Origin: a virus
Lineage: Duplodnaviria > Caudoviricetes
DNA: 29,513 nt
Direction: 5' to 3' (one strand)
Virus record (IMG/VR): IMGVR_UViG_3300033559_000068
Span: 1-29,513 of that record
In this document: piece after piece, positions 5,787-14,981 of the stretch
How the letters are laid out: every line of letters begins with the position of its first letter
Numbering within the stretch: position 1 is the stretch's first letter
Position numbers and translations under genes: made by a program
Notes under the pieces: model-generated
The model's input: only the letters and a program-made list of their open reading frames with translations
What the model was told of the DNA's origin: nothing
Database searches by the model: none

Positions 5787-6905
5787 GTGATGGGGTTTGA
5801 TTCGGGGGCGGTTTCGTTTGTGATGGCGGGTTGTGAGATGGATGTGCGGGGGTTCCTGGCGAAGGCGGCTGGCGAGGTGGTGCCTGATATGGCGGCGGTT
5901 GCCTGTATGCCGGTGTTCGGCTGGGCCGGTCCTCGGCATTTGATGGACCGGGATGTGGGCGAGGGTAATTGTGTGGTGGATGGGCGGTTTGTGTGGATGA
6001 ACCGGGTGGCGGCGCAACGGGCGTTCCCGGCTTCGCGGATGCGGGCTGAAATCGCGCTTGAGGAGGCGGCGGAGATGGCGGCGCGGGGGGTGCGTTTCTT
6101 GCGCAAGGGGGAGCGTAAGGAGATCCGGGACGAGGTGGAGCTTCGTTTGCTGAAGGATGCGCCGGTGGGCTTGAAGGGGATTTCGTTTGTGTGTTGTGTG
6201 AAGGAGCGGGTTCTTTTTACGGATGCGACGAGCGATAACCGTTTTGACCGGCTGTATGGCGCGATGGTGCAGCGGGCTCGTGATGCTGACCTGGATTCGG
6301 TTCCCCCGGTGCAGATGGGGGCTTGGATGACGCCGGATATTGCGGCGCGGCGGATGGGGGTGCAGGTGGTGGATTTGAAACCGTTGGTGTTTTCGTTCCA
6401 CGCGATGCAGCCGGCGGAGATGTTTTCGTTTGCTCTGGGGCGGGAGTTCCTGACCTGGCTTTTGATGGTGGCGGAGGTGGGCTCTACGTTCGACGGCTGG
6501 GGGGTGTTCCTGGAGGGGCCGCTGGTGTTCGCTGGTGGCGTTGATGCGGTGGAGGTGACGGTGGATGCGGATTCGCCGACGGGGGCGGACGAGGCGCAGA
6601 GTGCGCTTGAGCATGGGCGGCTTTTGCGGTCGGCGCGGGTGCATCTGGCGCATGGCGAGGATGTTTTCTCGTTTGTGGTGGATGCGGATAACTGGGTGTT
6701 CCGGTGGACGGCGTTGAAGGTTGAGGACTCTGGGTTTGATGCGGGGGAACGGCTGGCGGCGCGGGTGGAGAAGCTGCTGTTGTTGCGGGAGGGGTGGCTG
6801 CTGCTGTTCAAGGTTTTTCTGGAGTTGCGGCGGGATCGGGCGGAGGAGTTGGCGAAGGCTGCGCAGGAGTGGTGCCTGGAGCGGGTGATGGCGAGGAAGG
6901 TGTAG
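5787..6905 (+). CDS. rdgC: RdgC-like recombination-associated protein
   Basis: 372 aa; FGW...ERKEIRDEVELRLL and LGREFLTWL...EGPLVF segments resemble RdgC-like proteins; typical early-region position. Confidence 0.65.
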   Translation: MMGFDSGAVSFVMAGCEMDVRGFLAKAAGEVVPDMAAVACMPVFGWAGPRHLMDRDVGEGNCVVDGRFVWMNRVAAQRAFPASRMRAEIALEEAAEMAARGVRFLRKGERKEIRDEVELRLLKDAPVGLKGISFVCCVKERVLFTDATSDNRFDRLYGAMVQRARDADLDSVPPVQMGAWMTPDIAARRMGVQVVDLKPLVFSFHAMQPAEMFSFALGREFLTWLLMVAEVGSTFDGWGVFLEGPLVFAGGVDAVEVTVDADSPTGADEAQSALEHGRLLRSARVHLAHGEDVFSFVVDADNWVFRWTALKVEDSGFDAGERLAARVEKLLLLREGWLLLFKVFLELRRDRAEELAKAAQEWCLERVMARKV

Positions 6906-6960
6906 AAGGCGTTTGGCGGCAAGGATGTGACGGTGACGGTGGTGAAGGGGTGAGGGGGTG

Positions 6961-6986
6961 CCCGGCGTGAACGCCGGGGGCAGGAC
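6961..6986. repeat. Palindromic repeat family C
   Basis: CCCGGCGTGAACGCCGGGGGCAGGAC. Confidence 0.7.
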
Positions 6987-7174
6987 TTGGGAGTGATTTT
7001 TTCTGTGGTGGCCGATGTCGAATGGCATTCGTCTTAAACCGACTGGCCGGGTGGTCAGTGCTGCTACAGAGAATTAAATCCGGGGGCGTGTGCTTCCGGT
7101 CGGTGTGGCGTGGCGGGCTGGATTTTCAACGACCCTCACCCGCTGCGCCATGCCGTGTGTTTCTGGAGGGGGGA

Positions 7175-7198
7175 GGGCGAAAGATTTTTCGCCCTTAC
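7175..7198. repeat. REP-like palindrome family A
   Basis: Exact consensus, immediately before the start module. Confidence 0.8.
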
Positions 7199-7210
7199 TG
7201 GGGGTGTGTG

Positions 7211-8065
7211 ATGCGGGCTACGGGTGAGCGAGTGGGGGCGGGGATGTGGTGGGATCGGGCTTGGTCGCTGGTTGAGGGGTGTGCCCAGGTTTCCACCGGG
7301 TGTGCGCATTGTTGGAGTGCGGCGGCTTCGGCTATGCGCTGCAAGCAGGGCGGGGCGGGCGGGGAGCGGTACGCGGGCCTTGTGGATGGCGAGGGGTTAT
7401 TTAATGGGGTTTCGCGGTTTATGGCGGGCGATCTGTCGAAACCTCTGTCGGTGCGCAAGGGGCAGGTGTGGGCGGTCTGGAATGATTTGTTTTATGAGCA
7501 TGTTGAGGATTGTGACATCGCGGCGGCTTTCGGGGTGATGGGGGCTTGTTCGCGGCATTTGTTTGTGGTGTGTACGAAGCGGGCGGATGTGATGCGTAAT
7601 TTTTTCGCGCGGTTTTCGCCTCCCCAGTGCCGGGCGGCGGCGCGGGAGCGGTTGGGGGGAGGCTTTTCGATGCGGGCGGATTCGCTTTTTGATTCGGTGC
7701 CCCGGTGGCCCCTCCCGAATGTGGTTTTGATGGTGAGCGCGGAGGATGCCCCGCGTGCGCGTGAGCGCGTGCCTTTCCTTATAGAGACGCCAGCGGCGTT
7801 CCGGGCGGTGTCTTGCGAGCCTCTTTTGGGGGCGGTTGACCTGGGCGAATGGATCGGGCGGCTGGATTGGGTGATTGCGGGTTGCGAGAGCGGGTGGAAC
7901 CGGCGGTTTTCGCGGGTGGAGTGGTTCGAGTCGCTGCGGGACCAGTGTGCGGCGGCAGGCACGGCCTTCTTCCTTAAACAGATTGAGGTGGGGATGAAGG
8001 TGTGGCCGATGCCGAGGCTGGCCGGGCGGTTCCATGATGATTTTCCGAGTGTGCGCCGTGGGTGA
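7211..8065 (+). CDS. Phage Gp37/Gp68 (DUF5131) family protein
   Basis: GCAQVSTGCAHCW, DLFYE, TKR, WPLPNV, SCEPLLG, WVIAGCESG and FFLKQ motifs; start reassigned to ATG 7211. Confidence 0.9.
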   Translation: MRATGERVGAGMWWDRAWSLVEGCAQVSTGCAHCWSAAASAMRCKQGGAGGERYAGLVDGEGLFNGVSRFMAGDLSKPLSVRKGQVWAVWNDLFYEHVEDCDIAAAFGVMGACSRHLFVVCTKRADVMRNFFARFSPPQCRAAARERLGGGFSMRADSLFDSVPRWPLPNVVLMVSAEDAPRARERVPFLIETPAAFRAVSCEPLLGAVDLGEWIGRLDWVIAGCESGWNRRFSRVEWFESLRDQCAAAGTAFFLKQIEVGMKVWPMPRLAGRFHDDFPSVRRG

Positions 8066-9173
8066 TAATCAGTATAAGGGGTGGCATTTTTACCTTTTCG
8101 ACCACACTTGGCTGTTCGGGCATCCGACGTACCGGCTGATGGATATTGTTGACAAGGGGGTTTTGTTCGAGCTGGTGAATCAGGCTGCGCAGTCTCGGCA
8201 GGAGGCCGGGATTGATGACGGGTGTATCTCGGTGGGGACTGCAACCCGCGCGAAGAAGGCGCAGGTTGCGAAGTGGCTGGGGGAGACCAAGGGGCTTACG
8301 GCCCGGTCGGCGTTGGCCTCCCTGGAGCGGCTGGCCGAGGCGGGGCTTATCGTGATCCGGCGTAGCGGGGTGGTGTGTCTGGCGCGGTGGGCGGAGATGC
8401 AGGTGGCGGCTCCGAGTGATGAGGCCGCGAGGAAGCGCAAGAGCCGGGAGTCGCGGGCGATGGATTTGTTTTTGCAGGTGCTGGGCGATAAGCGCAACGA
8501 GTATGTGGCGCGTGAGTATATTGAAATGAGGCTGAAACAGTGCGTATCTGGCGGTTCAATTTTTGCCAAGAAGTTTTTGGAGCGTTCCGTCGCCCAGGGC
8601 TTTTTGCGAAAGGTGGACGAGGATTCGTTCTTTGTCGAGGTGGTTGGTCATGCAGGCGGCTTGTCCGTAAGTCACTGCAAGCGCGTGGATTCCGATTCCA
8701 CGGCCAGGGATTCCGGCTCCCTGCCTCCCCCTTCGATTTCGAGCTTCGAGGGAGTGACTAGCCACACGTCGGAACGTGTGACTAGTCACCATATCGAAAT
8801 CGAAAAGGATATGAATATATCATCGAAACATCGGAATGTTTCTTCGAGCGTTCCGAGGATTTCGAGCGGGGGAGGCAGGGAGCCGGAATCCCAATGCTGT
8901 TCGGTCAGCAGGGAGGAGGTCTTTTCTCGTCCACCGCTGGATGTGGCGGATTCGCTGGTGGGGTTCCGGGGGGCGTATGACCGCAACGGCTTTGCGGCGA
9001 AGCTGCGGGAATTGCAGGGGGCGTTCGGCGAGCATGAGGGGACGGCGAAGTTCCGGCAGGCGATGGAGTCGCTGCGGAGTGATTTGAGCGAGCCGAGGTG
9101 TCCGATTCGGATGCCGGAGCGGGTTTTGCACTCGAAGCTGAATAAGTTTCTGGAGGGGGCTGGGAAGGGGTGA
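8058..9173 (+). CDS. Phage replication initiator / replisome organizer-like protein
   Basis: N-terminal wHTH-like region ending WAEMQ...AARKRKSRE; repeat-containing linker VTSHTSERVTSHHIEIEKD; GTG start overlapping the upstream stop. Confidence 0.65.
   Translation: MGDNQYKGWHFYLFDHTWLFGHPTYRLMDIVDKGVLFELVNQAAQSRQEAGIDDGCISVGTATRAKKAQVAKWLGETKGLTARSALASLERLAEAGLIVIRRSGVVCLARWAEMQVAAPSDEAARKRKSRESRAMDLFLQVLGDKRNEYVAREYIEMRLKQCVSGGSIFAKKFLERSVAQGFLRKVDEDSFFVEVVGHAGGLSVSHCKRVDSDSTARDSGSLPPPSISSFEGVTSHTSERVTSHHIEIEKDMNISSKHRNVSSSVPRISSGGGREPESQCCSVSREEVFSRPPLDVADSLVGFRGAYDRNGFAAKLRELQGAFGEHEGTAKFRQAMESLRSDLSEPRCPIRMPERVLHSKLNKFLEGAGKG
8707..8892. other. Putative replication origin inside the initiator gene
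   Basis: Perfect 25-bp inverted repeat (8707-8731 / 8868-8892) enclosing GTGACTAGCCAC, GTGACTAGTCAC and an AT-rich stretch. Confidence 0.6.
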
Positions 9174-9194
9174 AGGACTGGGCTTGAACTGGGC

Positions 9195-9218
9195 GGGCGA
9201 AAGATTTTTCGCCCTTAC
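9195..9218. repeat. REP-like palindrome family A
   Basis: Exact consensus, intergenic. Confidence 0.8.
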
Positions 9219-9237
9219 GGAAGGGGGGTGTGTGGTG

Positions 9238-9555
9238 ATGGTGCGGATTACGGAGCGGTTGGTGGCGGAGGAGGCGGCGGTTGAGGCGGTGCGGGTGTGC
9301 CCGAAGTGCCGGAGGGCGATCTACCGGGGGGCGGCGGACCATGCCGAGGGGTGCCTGGCGCGGGCTACGGTGCTGGCGCGGTTTGAGCCGTCGTGTTGCG
9401 GCGGGGGTGTGTGCATGACGAATCTGGAGTGGTGCCAGACGCTGGCGGCGGAGCTTTCGGCGTGTGGGATTGTGGCAGCGGTGCGGCGTGAGTCCGCTCT
9501 TTGCTGGGTGAATCGGGAAGTGGCGCGGGGGGTGAAAGGGGAGGTGGACGAGTAA
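9238..9555 (+). CDS. Hypothetical protein with CxxC motif
   Basis: ATG 9238 after the start module; TAATG coupling to the next gene. Confidence 0.55.
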   Translation: MVRITERLVAEEAAVEAVRVCPKCRRAIYRGAADHAEGCLARATVLARFEPSCCGGGVCMTNLEWCQTLAAELSACGIVAAVRRESALCWVNREVARGVKGEVDE

Positions 9556-10583
9556 TGAAGTGTTTTTATCATCGTGGGGATTTTGACGGGAAGTGTGCGG
9601 GGGCGATTGTGAAGCTGCGGCATCCCAGGTGCGAGATGATCGGGCTGGAGTATGGGGAGCCGTTTCCGTGGGATCTAGTGCAGCCGTTTGGAGGCGTTGT
9701 CGGTTCGGGGCCATCGGGAAACAGTGCAATCAACGAGGCTTGCAAACAAACGGTTGTGATGGTGGATTTCTCGCTACAGCCCTTCGAGGATATGATACGG
9801 CTGGCGAAAATGACAAAGCTGACGTGGATCGACCACCACAAGACGGCCATCGAGGAGCGCAACCGGGCGATGGCGGTGAATTCGTTTGTTCGCGAGGCTC
9901 CGCCAATGGAGTCGTTTATTCCGCTGTTTGCACGGGGCGTGCAGGAGGTCGGGCAGGCGGCGTGTGAGTTGACGTTCCGGTATTTGTGCCCTGGCATGGA
10001 GATGCCGGTGGCGGTGCGGCTTTTGGGCCGGTATGATGTGTGGGACATCCAGAATGCGGCGGTGCTGGCCTTCCAGTACGGGATGCGGGCGCAAGGCGAG
10101 TGGCACCCTTCCGATGTGACGGCCTGGCAGATGCTGTTCGATGATCCTGGGATGGTGCGGGACATTATCGAGAAGGGCTCGGCGGTGCTGGATTATGAGC
10201 GGGCGCAGAGTGCGGCGTATATGCGGGAGTTTGGTTTTGTGGGGGACATTCTACCGCCGAAGAGTATGTTGAAAATCACGGCTCTGTGTGTGAATCTAGG
10301 GCGAGTGTCGAGCATGACATTTTCCAGTGCTGATCCCTCGGTTTTGCTGTTTTGCGGATATGCGCAGTTGCCGGATGGGCGGTGGCGGGTGAGTCTGCGG
10401 CGAACGGATGGGTCAACGGTTGATTGCGGGGCGATTGCCAAGGCGTTCGGGGGCGGGGGCCATGCCGGGGCGGCTGGGTTTGTGGCTGATGATCTGGATT
10501 GGATGCAGCGAGTGGACGCGGGGGAGATGGCGGACACGAGGCCCGCCCCTACTGCCGCTATGTGCAAGGAGGTGGTGGCATGA
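9555..10583 (+). CDS. DHH-family phosphoesterase (DHH/DHHA1)
   Basis: HRGDFDG, VDFS, IDHHKT and GGGGHAGAAGF motifs. Confidence 0.9.
   Translation: MKCFYHRGDFDGKCAGAIVKLRHPRCEMIGLEYGEPFPWDLVQPFGGVVGSGPSGNSAINEACKQTVVMVDFSLQPFEDMIRLAKMTKLTWIDHHKTAIEERNRAMAVNSFVREAPPMESFIPLFARGVQEVGQAACELTFRYLCPGMEMPVAVRLLGRYDVWDIQNAAVLAFQYGMRAQGEWHPSDVTAWQMLFDDPGMVRDIIEKGSAVLDYERAQSAAYMREFGFVGDILPPKSMLKITALCVNLGRVSSMTFSSADPSVLLFCGYAQLPDGRWRVSLRRTDGSTVDCGAIAKAFGGGGHAGAAGFVADDLDWMQRVDAGEMADTRPAPTAAMCKEVVA
10529..10552. repeat. REP-like palindrome family B in the 3' end of the DHH gene
   Basis: GGGGAGATGGCGGACACGAGGCCCGCCC shared with 823-850. Confidence 0.75.
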
Positions 10584-11248
10584 AGGGGGGATTTCCTAAG
10601 CAGCCCACGCCTCTGCGTGGGGGCGCGGCGCGGGAACCGCTACCCGTGCGAGCGCGTGCAGGCGCGAAAGCAGACTCCAAAGCAGGGGCGGCTAAGGTGG
10701 CGGCCTCTCGCCCGAAGAAAGTGCCGCAATCTGTCGGTGCGTTCGCGGGGGAGGCGGGGCGTCCAACGGCTTATTCTGCCCGCGTTCGGGACGCGATCTG
10801 CCAGGCGGTGACCGAGGGGAAGCATTGGCGGCAGATTGAGCGGGAGGGGCTCGCTACGCAGTATGAGCTTGCGACCTGGCTGCGGACTATCCCCGAGTTC
10901 CATGAGCATTATTCGCGTGCCAGGGAGGCGCGGGCGGAATCGCTGGTGGCGGAGATTGACGAGATTCTGGATGAACTGAAGAACGGATCCAAGGCGCAAT
11001 GGGATGATCCGTTGGTACAGCAGGCGTATCAGTCGTTCTGGCTTGCCTCTGCGCGGATGCGGCTTGATACGTTGAGGTGGCAGGTCTCGTGCTATTTCCC
11101 GAAGTGCTACGGGACGAAGGTGCAGGTTGAGGCGCGGCATGAGGCGGCGAGCGCGGTGCAGTATGATTATTCGAGACTGTCGCTCTCGCAGGCTAAGAAG
11201 CTGCGTGAATTGATGGAGATTTGCAGGGTGAAGCATGAAACGGACTGA
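10580..11248 (+). CDS. terS: Terminase small subunit (Sf6 gp1-like)
   Basis: GRPTAYS...ICQAVTEG, YSRARE, RLDTLRW...PKCYG; directly upstream of terL; RBS AAGGAGG. Confidence 0.8.
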   Translation: MKGGFPKQPTPLRGGAAREPLPVRARAGAKADSKAGAAKVAASRPKKVPQSVGAFAGEAGRPTAYSARVRDAICQAVTEGKHWRQIEREGLATQYELATWLRTIPEFHEHYSRAREARAESLVAEIDEILDELKNGSKAQWDDPLVQQAYQSFWLASARMRLDTLRWQVSCYFPKCYGTKVQVEARHEAASAVQYDYSRLSLSQAKKLRELMEICRVKHETD

Positions 11249-12779
11249 CGCCCTTGCTCAAATGCCGGATCTGGACATGGATAGTGTGCTGGCTTCGATC
11301 TGCCAGCGCGATTTCTATGAGTTTGTGCGGATGTTCTGGGGCGTGGTGGTGAAGGAGCCCGCCGTGTGGAACTGGCATATCCGGTTTTTGTGCGACGAGT
11401 TGCAGGCGGCGGCGGAGCGGGTTATTCGGCGAGAACCGAAGGCGTATGACCTGCTGATCAATGTGCCGCCGGGATCGAGTAAGAGTACGATCTGTTCGCA
11501 GATGTTCCCGGCCTGGTGCTGGATTAGTGATCCGACGCTTAGGTTCATCGGGGCTTCCTATGCCCATGAGGTTGCGCTTGAGCAGGCGGAGTATCAGCGG
11601 ACCATTGTGCAGAGCGAGCTTTATCAGCGGCTGTTCCCCCAGGTGCGGATGCACGCTTCGCGGAATGCGAGGCACAATTACCGGACGACGGCGGGCGGCC
11701 AGCGGTATTCGGTGGGCACGGGGGGCAGTGTGACGGGTGTTCATGCGCATATTCTTTTGCCGGATGATCCGATCAACCCGAAGGAGGCGAGCAGCAAGGT
11801 TGACTTGCGGACGGCGAACCGGTGGATGTCTGAAACGCTTTCCTCGCGCAAGGTGGACCGGGCGATTTCGCTGACGATCATGATTATGCAGCGGCTTGAC
11901 GATAATGACCCTTCCGGCTACTGGCAGCGGACCCGGCCAGGGGAAATCCGGCATATCTGTCTGCCCGCAGAGGAAAGCAATGACATTCGCCCCATTGAAC
12001 TGCGCTCGATGTACAAGGACGGGCTGATGGATCCGGTGCGTATGTCGCGGCGCGTGCTGGAATCGGCAAAGCTGGAACTGGGTTCGTTCGGGTATTCGGG
12101 GCAGATGATGCAGCGGCCTGTCCCGGAGGAGGGCGGCATCCTGAAGAAGGGCTGGTTCAAGTGTGTCTCGATGGATGATGTGCTGGGGCTGGCGCGTCAG
12201 TGGTTGCCGGGGGCGGTGGCGTGGAGCTTCGCGGCGGACCTGGCTTATACGGCCAAGGAGATCAACGACCCGAGCGGAATCATCGCCTATGGCCGGATCG
12301 GGCCGTATGTGGTGATCCGCAACGCGGCGCGGTTCCGGCTGGAGCAACCGGAGCTTGAACGGCGGCTTCCGGTGTGGACGATGGAGAACGGCTATTCGGA
12401 GCGGTCCCTGCTGGTGATTGAACCGAAGGCGAACGGGCTTTCGACGGTGCAGAACCTACGGGCACGTACCAAGCTGAATGTGATCGCGGGGAAGGCTCCG
12501 ACGAAGGACAAGGTTTCGCGGATCCGGGATGCGGCCCCGCTGATCGAATCCGGGCGGGTGCTGCTGGTAGATGGGGACTGGGTGGAGATGTTCCTGGACG
12601 AGGTTTGCACGTTCCCCTTTGCGACGCATGACGAGTTCCCGGACTGTCTCTCGATTGCGCTGGACCGGGAAAGCCGGGCAGGGCTTGGCGGGGAATCGAT
12701 TGAGCGCGGTGTTGACGGTTTTGGCGAGCGCACAACGCCCCAGCGCAATGCTGCGGATGTGTGGGGCGCGTTGGTGTAG
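11235..12779 (+). CDS. terL: Terminase large subunit
   Basis: Walker A INVPPGSSKST, Walker B ILLPDDP, IMQRL, nuclease motifs IEPKANG and HDEFPD. Confidence 0.95.
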   Translation: MKRTDALAQMPDLDMDSVLASICQRDFYEFVRMFWGVVVKEPAVWNWHIRFLCDELQAAAERVIRREPKAYDLLINVPPGSSKSTICSQMFPAWCWISDPTLRFIGASYAHEVALEQAEYQRTIVQSELYQRLFPQVRMHASRNARHNYRTTAGGQRYSVGTGGSVTGVHAHILLPDDPINPKEASSKVDLRTANRWMSETLSSRKVDRAISLTIMIMQRLDDNDPSGYWQRTRPGEIRHICLPAEESNDIRPIELRSMYKDGLMDPVRMSRRVLESAKLELGSFGYSGQMMQRPVPEEGGILKKGWFKCVSMDDVLGLARQWLPGAVAWSFAADLAYTAKEINDPSGIIAYGRIGPYVVIRNAARFRLEQPELERRLPVWTMENGYSERSLLVIEPKANGLSTVQNLRARTKLNVIAGKAPTKDKVSRIRDAAPLIESGRVLLVDGDWVEMFLDEVCTFPFATHDEFPDCLSIALDRESRAGLGGESIERGVDGFGERTTPQRNAADVWGALV

Positions 12780-12893
12780 CCTTTTACAAGCGGCTATACT
12801 GTAGCGGCTTGTGACGTTTTTTTTATTTTCTTACCCTATTTCCATAGATTTCCCGTTTTTTGGCGTCATATTCTGGTCTCACGGAGGACCATT
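12780..12893 (+). promoter_or_regulatory. T-rich intergenic region, likely a late promoter or terminator zone
   Basis: Marked AT/T-rich gap between terL and portal; RBS GGAGG before GTG 12894; no clean consensus promoter seen. Confidence 0.35.
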
Positions 12894-14981
12894 GTGGGAC
12901 TGATCAACATTCAGACAAACGCCGACCTTGAACGCAGGGATGCCGAGCGCAGTGCGCTGGCGGACGCCGAACGCGCCGCCATGACGCCTCAAATGCTATC
13001 TATCGCTGCGCATATCCGTTCGCAGTATGCGGCGGCGCGGCAACACAAGGATACCTATGTGACGCCCCGGTTGCTGGCTTGCAGGCGGCAGAAGGCGGGC
13101 GAGTATGACCCGGCCACCCTCGCTAAGATTTCGGCGGCTGGCGGGTGCCAGGACTTCTTCAACATTTCCGAGACGAAGACCGATGCCCTGGAAGCGTGGA
13201 TCTCCGACGCGGTGAACACGGGCGTGGAAATCCCGTTTGCGCTGCTCCCGACGCCGGTGCCTGACCTGCCCGAGGATCGCAAGGCGGCGATTGTGGACGA
13301 GACGACGCGGGCCTTTGCGGAGGCGATGCAGGCGGGGTTCACGGTTTCGCCCAAGGATGTGTATGAAGCTGCCTCTAATGCGTTCGATATGGCGCAGGAA
13401 GAGCAGTATCAGCAGGCACGGGCCCGTGCCGAGGCGATGGAGCAGAAGATGCGCGATCAGATGGTCGAGGGCGGTTTCTCCGAAGCCTTTGACGAGTGCA
13501 TACGGGATTATGCGATGTACCCGACCTGCATCCTGAAGGGGCCGGTGCTGACGCGGCGGAAGGTTCTCAAGTGGGTGGATGGCGCGGCCAAGGTGGTTGA
13601 CGAGGTTCAGCATGTGTGGCAGCGGATTGACCCGTTCAAGGCGTTTCCGTCCCCGAATGTCGCGAATGCGCAGGAGGGTTCTTTCTGCGAGGTGATGCAG
13701 ATGGAGATTTCGACCTTGCAGGCGCAGAAGGGGAATCCGGGATGGAATGGCGGGCAGATTGATGCCGTTCTGGCGGCACCGGCCTCTTCGCTTTCGCTTG
13801 AACAGAGCGATTCGTTTTCGGATCAAGCCTTGATGGAATCCCGCGATACGATGATCAATGCCGGTGCGGCGATGTCGCAGGTGTGGGCGGTGGAGTTCTG
13901 GGGCAAGGTGACGGGCGTGATGCTGCTGGAGTGGGGCTTGAAGGCGAAGGCGAATGATGAACCGATAAACCCTCTGCATTATTACGATGTGCAGGCGGTG
14001 CTTGTTGGCTCGTATGTGGTCCGGTGCATCCTGGCCCCGCATCCGTTGGGGCGTAGGCCGTACCATACGGCGTCGTTCGTTGAGGTCTCGGGCTCGATCT
14101 GGGGACGATCGATGCTGGAGAAGATGGCCGATGCCCAGCGCGGCTACAATAACACTTCCCGGCAGATGATGAATGCCCAGGCGGAAGCCTCGCGGGTTCG
14201 CTCGATCATTGATGCCGATGCCCTTGACCCGAAGGTTTCAAAGGACGATTACCCCGGCAAGGTTTGGATTTACAACGGCAACCGGATGAACGGCGGCCCG
14301 GCCACACGTAAGCCGGTGGAATACTGGCAAGCCTCGCTGAATGTGGGGCAGTACCTCAAGACGCTGGAGCATTTCGAGCTTGCGGCGGATAACAGGACGC
14401 TGGTCCCGAGGTACATTCACGGCGATCAGAATGTTCCTGGCGCGGGGAAGACGGCCAGCGGGCTTTCGATGCTGATGTCGGCGAGTCACAAGGGAATCAA
14501 GCGGAGCCTGGGGAATATCGACCGGGGCATGATCCGTTCAACGGTGAAGGATCTCTACGACCACAATCTTGTGTATCTGCCCGATGCGGATTGGTCGCAT
14601 GTGAAGGGGGATGCCCGGATCGAGGCGCGGGGCGCGTTGCACCTGATCCAGAAGGAAACGGCAATGGCCCGGCGTGAGAATTTCTTGCAGACGACGAACA
14701 ACCCTACCGATATGGCAATCATTGGCGCGGAGGGGCGGGCAGAGGTCTTGCGGGCGGTGGCGGCGGAGTTGTCGCTTTCGACGGCGGAGATTGTCCCGGA
14801 CAAGTCGGTGTTGCAGCGGCGGGCGAGGGAGATGCTCAAGCAGCAGCAGTTGCAAGATGAGGCGGCGTTGGCTGGGGGTGGGGAAGGGGCGCAAGGGGCG
14901 GGGGATGGAGGGCGGACACAAGGACCGCCCCAACCGGAAGGGACGCAAGGGGCTCAAGGGACACAAGGGGGGGTGGTGTAA
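12894..14981 (+). CDS. Portal protein
   Basis: 695 aa after terL; GRRPY, GSIWGRS and GKTASGLSMLMSA segments resemble podovirus portals. Confidence 0.85.
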   Translation: MGLINIQTNADLERRDAERSALADAERAAMTPQMLSIAAHIRSQYAAARQHKDTYVTPRLLACRRQKAGEYDPATLAKISAAGGCQDFFNISETKTDALEAWISDAVNTGVEIPFALLPTPVPDLPEDRKAAIVDETTRAFAEAMQAGFTVSPKDVYEAASNAFDMAQEEQYQQARARAEAMEQKMRDQMVEGGFSEAFDECIRDYAMYPTCILKGPVLTRRKVLKWVDGAAKVVDEVQHVWQRIDPFKAFPSPNVANAQEGSFCEVMQMEISTLQAQKGNPGWNGGQIDAVLAAPASSLSLEQSDSFSDQALMESRDTMINAGAAMSQVWAVEFWGKVTGVMLLEWGLKAKANDEPINPLHYYDVQAVLVGSYVVRCILAPHPLGRRPYHTASFVEVSGSIWGRSMLEKMADAQRGYNNTSRQMMNAQAEASRVRSIIDADALDPKVSKDDYPGKVWIYNGNRMNGGPATRKPVEYWQASLNVGQYLKTLEHFELAADNRTLVPRYIHGDQNVPGAGKTASGLSMLMSASHKGIKRSLGNIDRGMIRSTVKDLYDHNLVYLPDADWSHVKGDARIEARGALHLIQKETAMARRENFLQTTNNPTDMAIIGAEGRAEVLRAVAAELSLSTAEIVPDKSVLQRRAREMLKQQQLQDEAALAGGGEGAQGAGDGGRTQGPPQPEGTQGAQGTQGGVV

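Noticed and set aside
7004-7090. tRNA gene
   Set aside because: No GTTCRA T-loop and no clean acceptor stem; kept only as a low-interest structured region
831-9218. Repeated palindromes as a CRISPR array
   Set aside because: Copies are hundreds to thousands of bases apart and separated by genes, not 30-40 nt spacers; no cas genes seen
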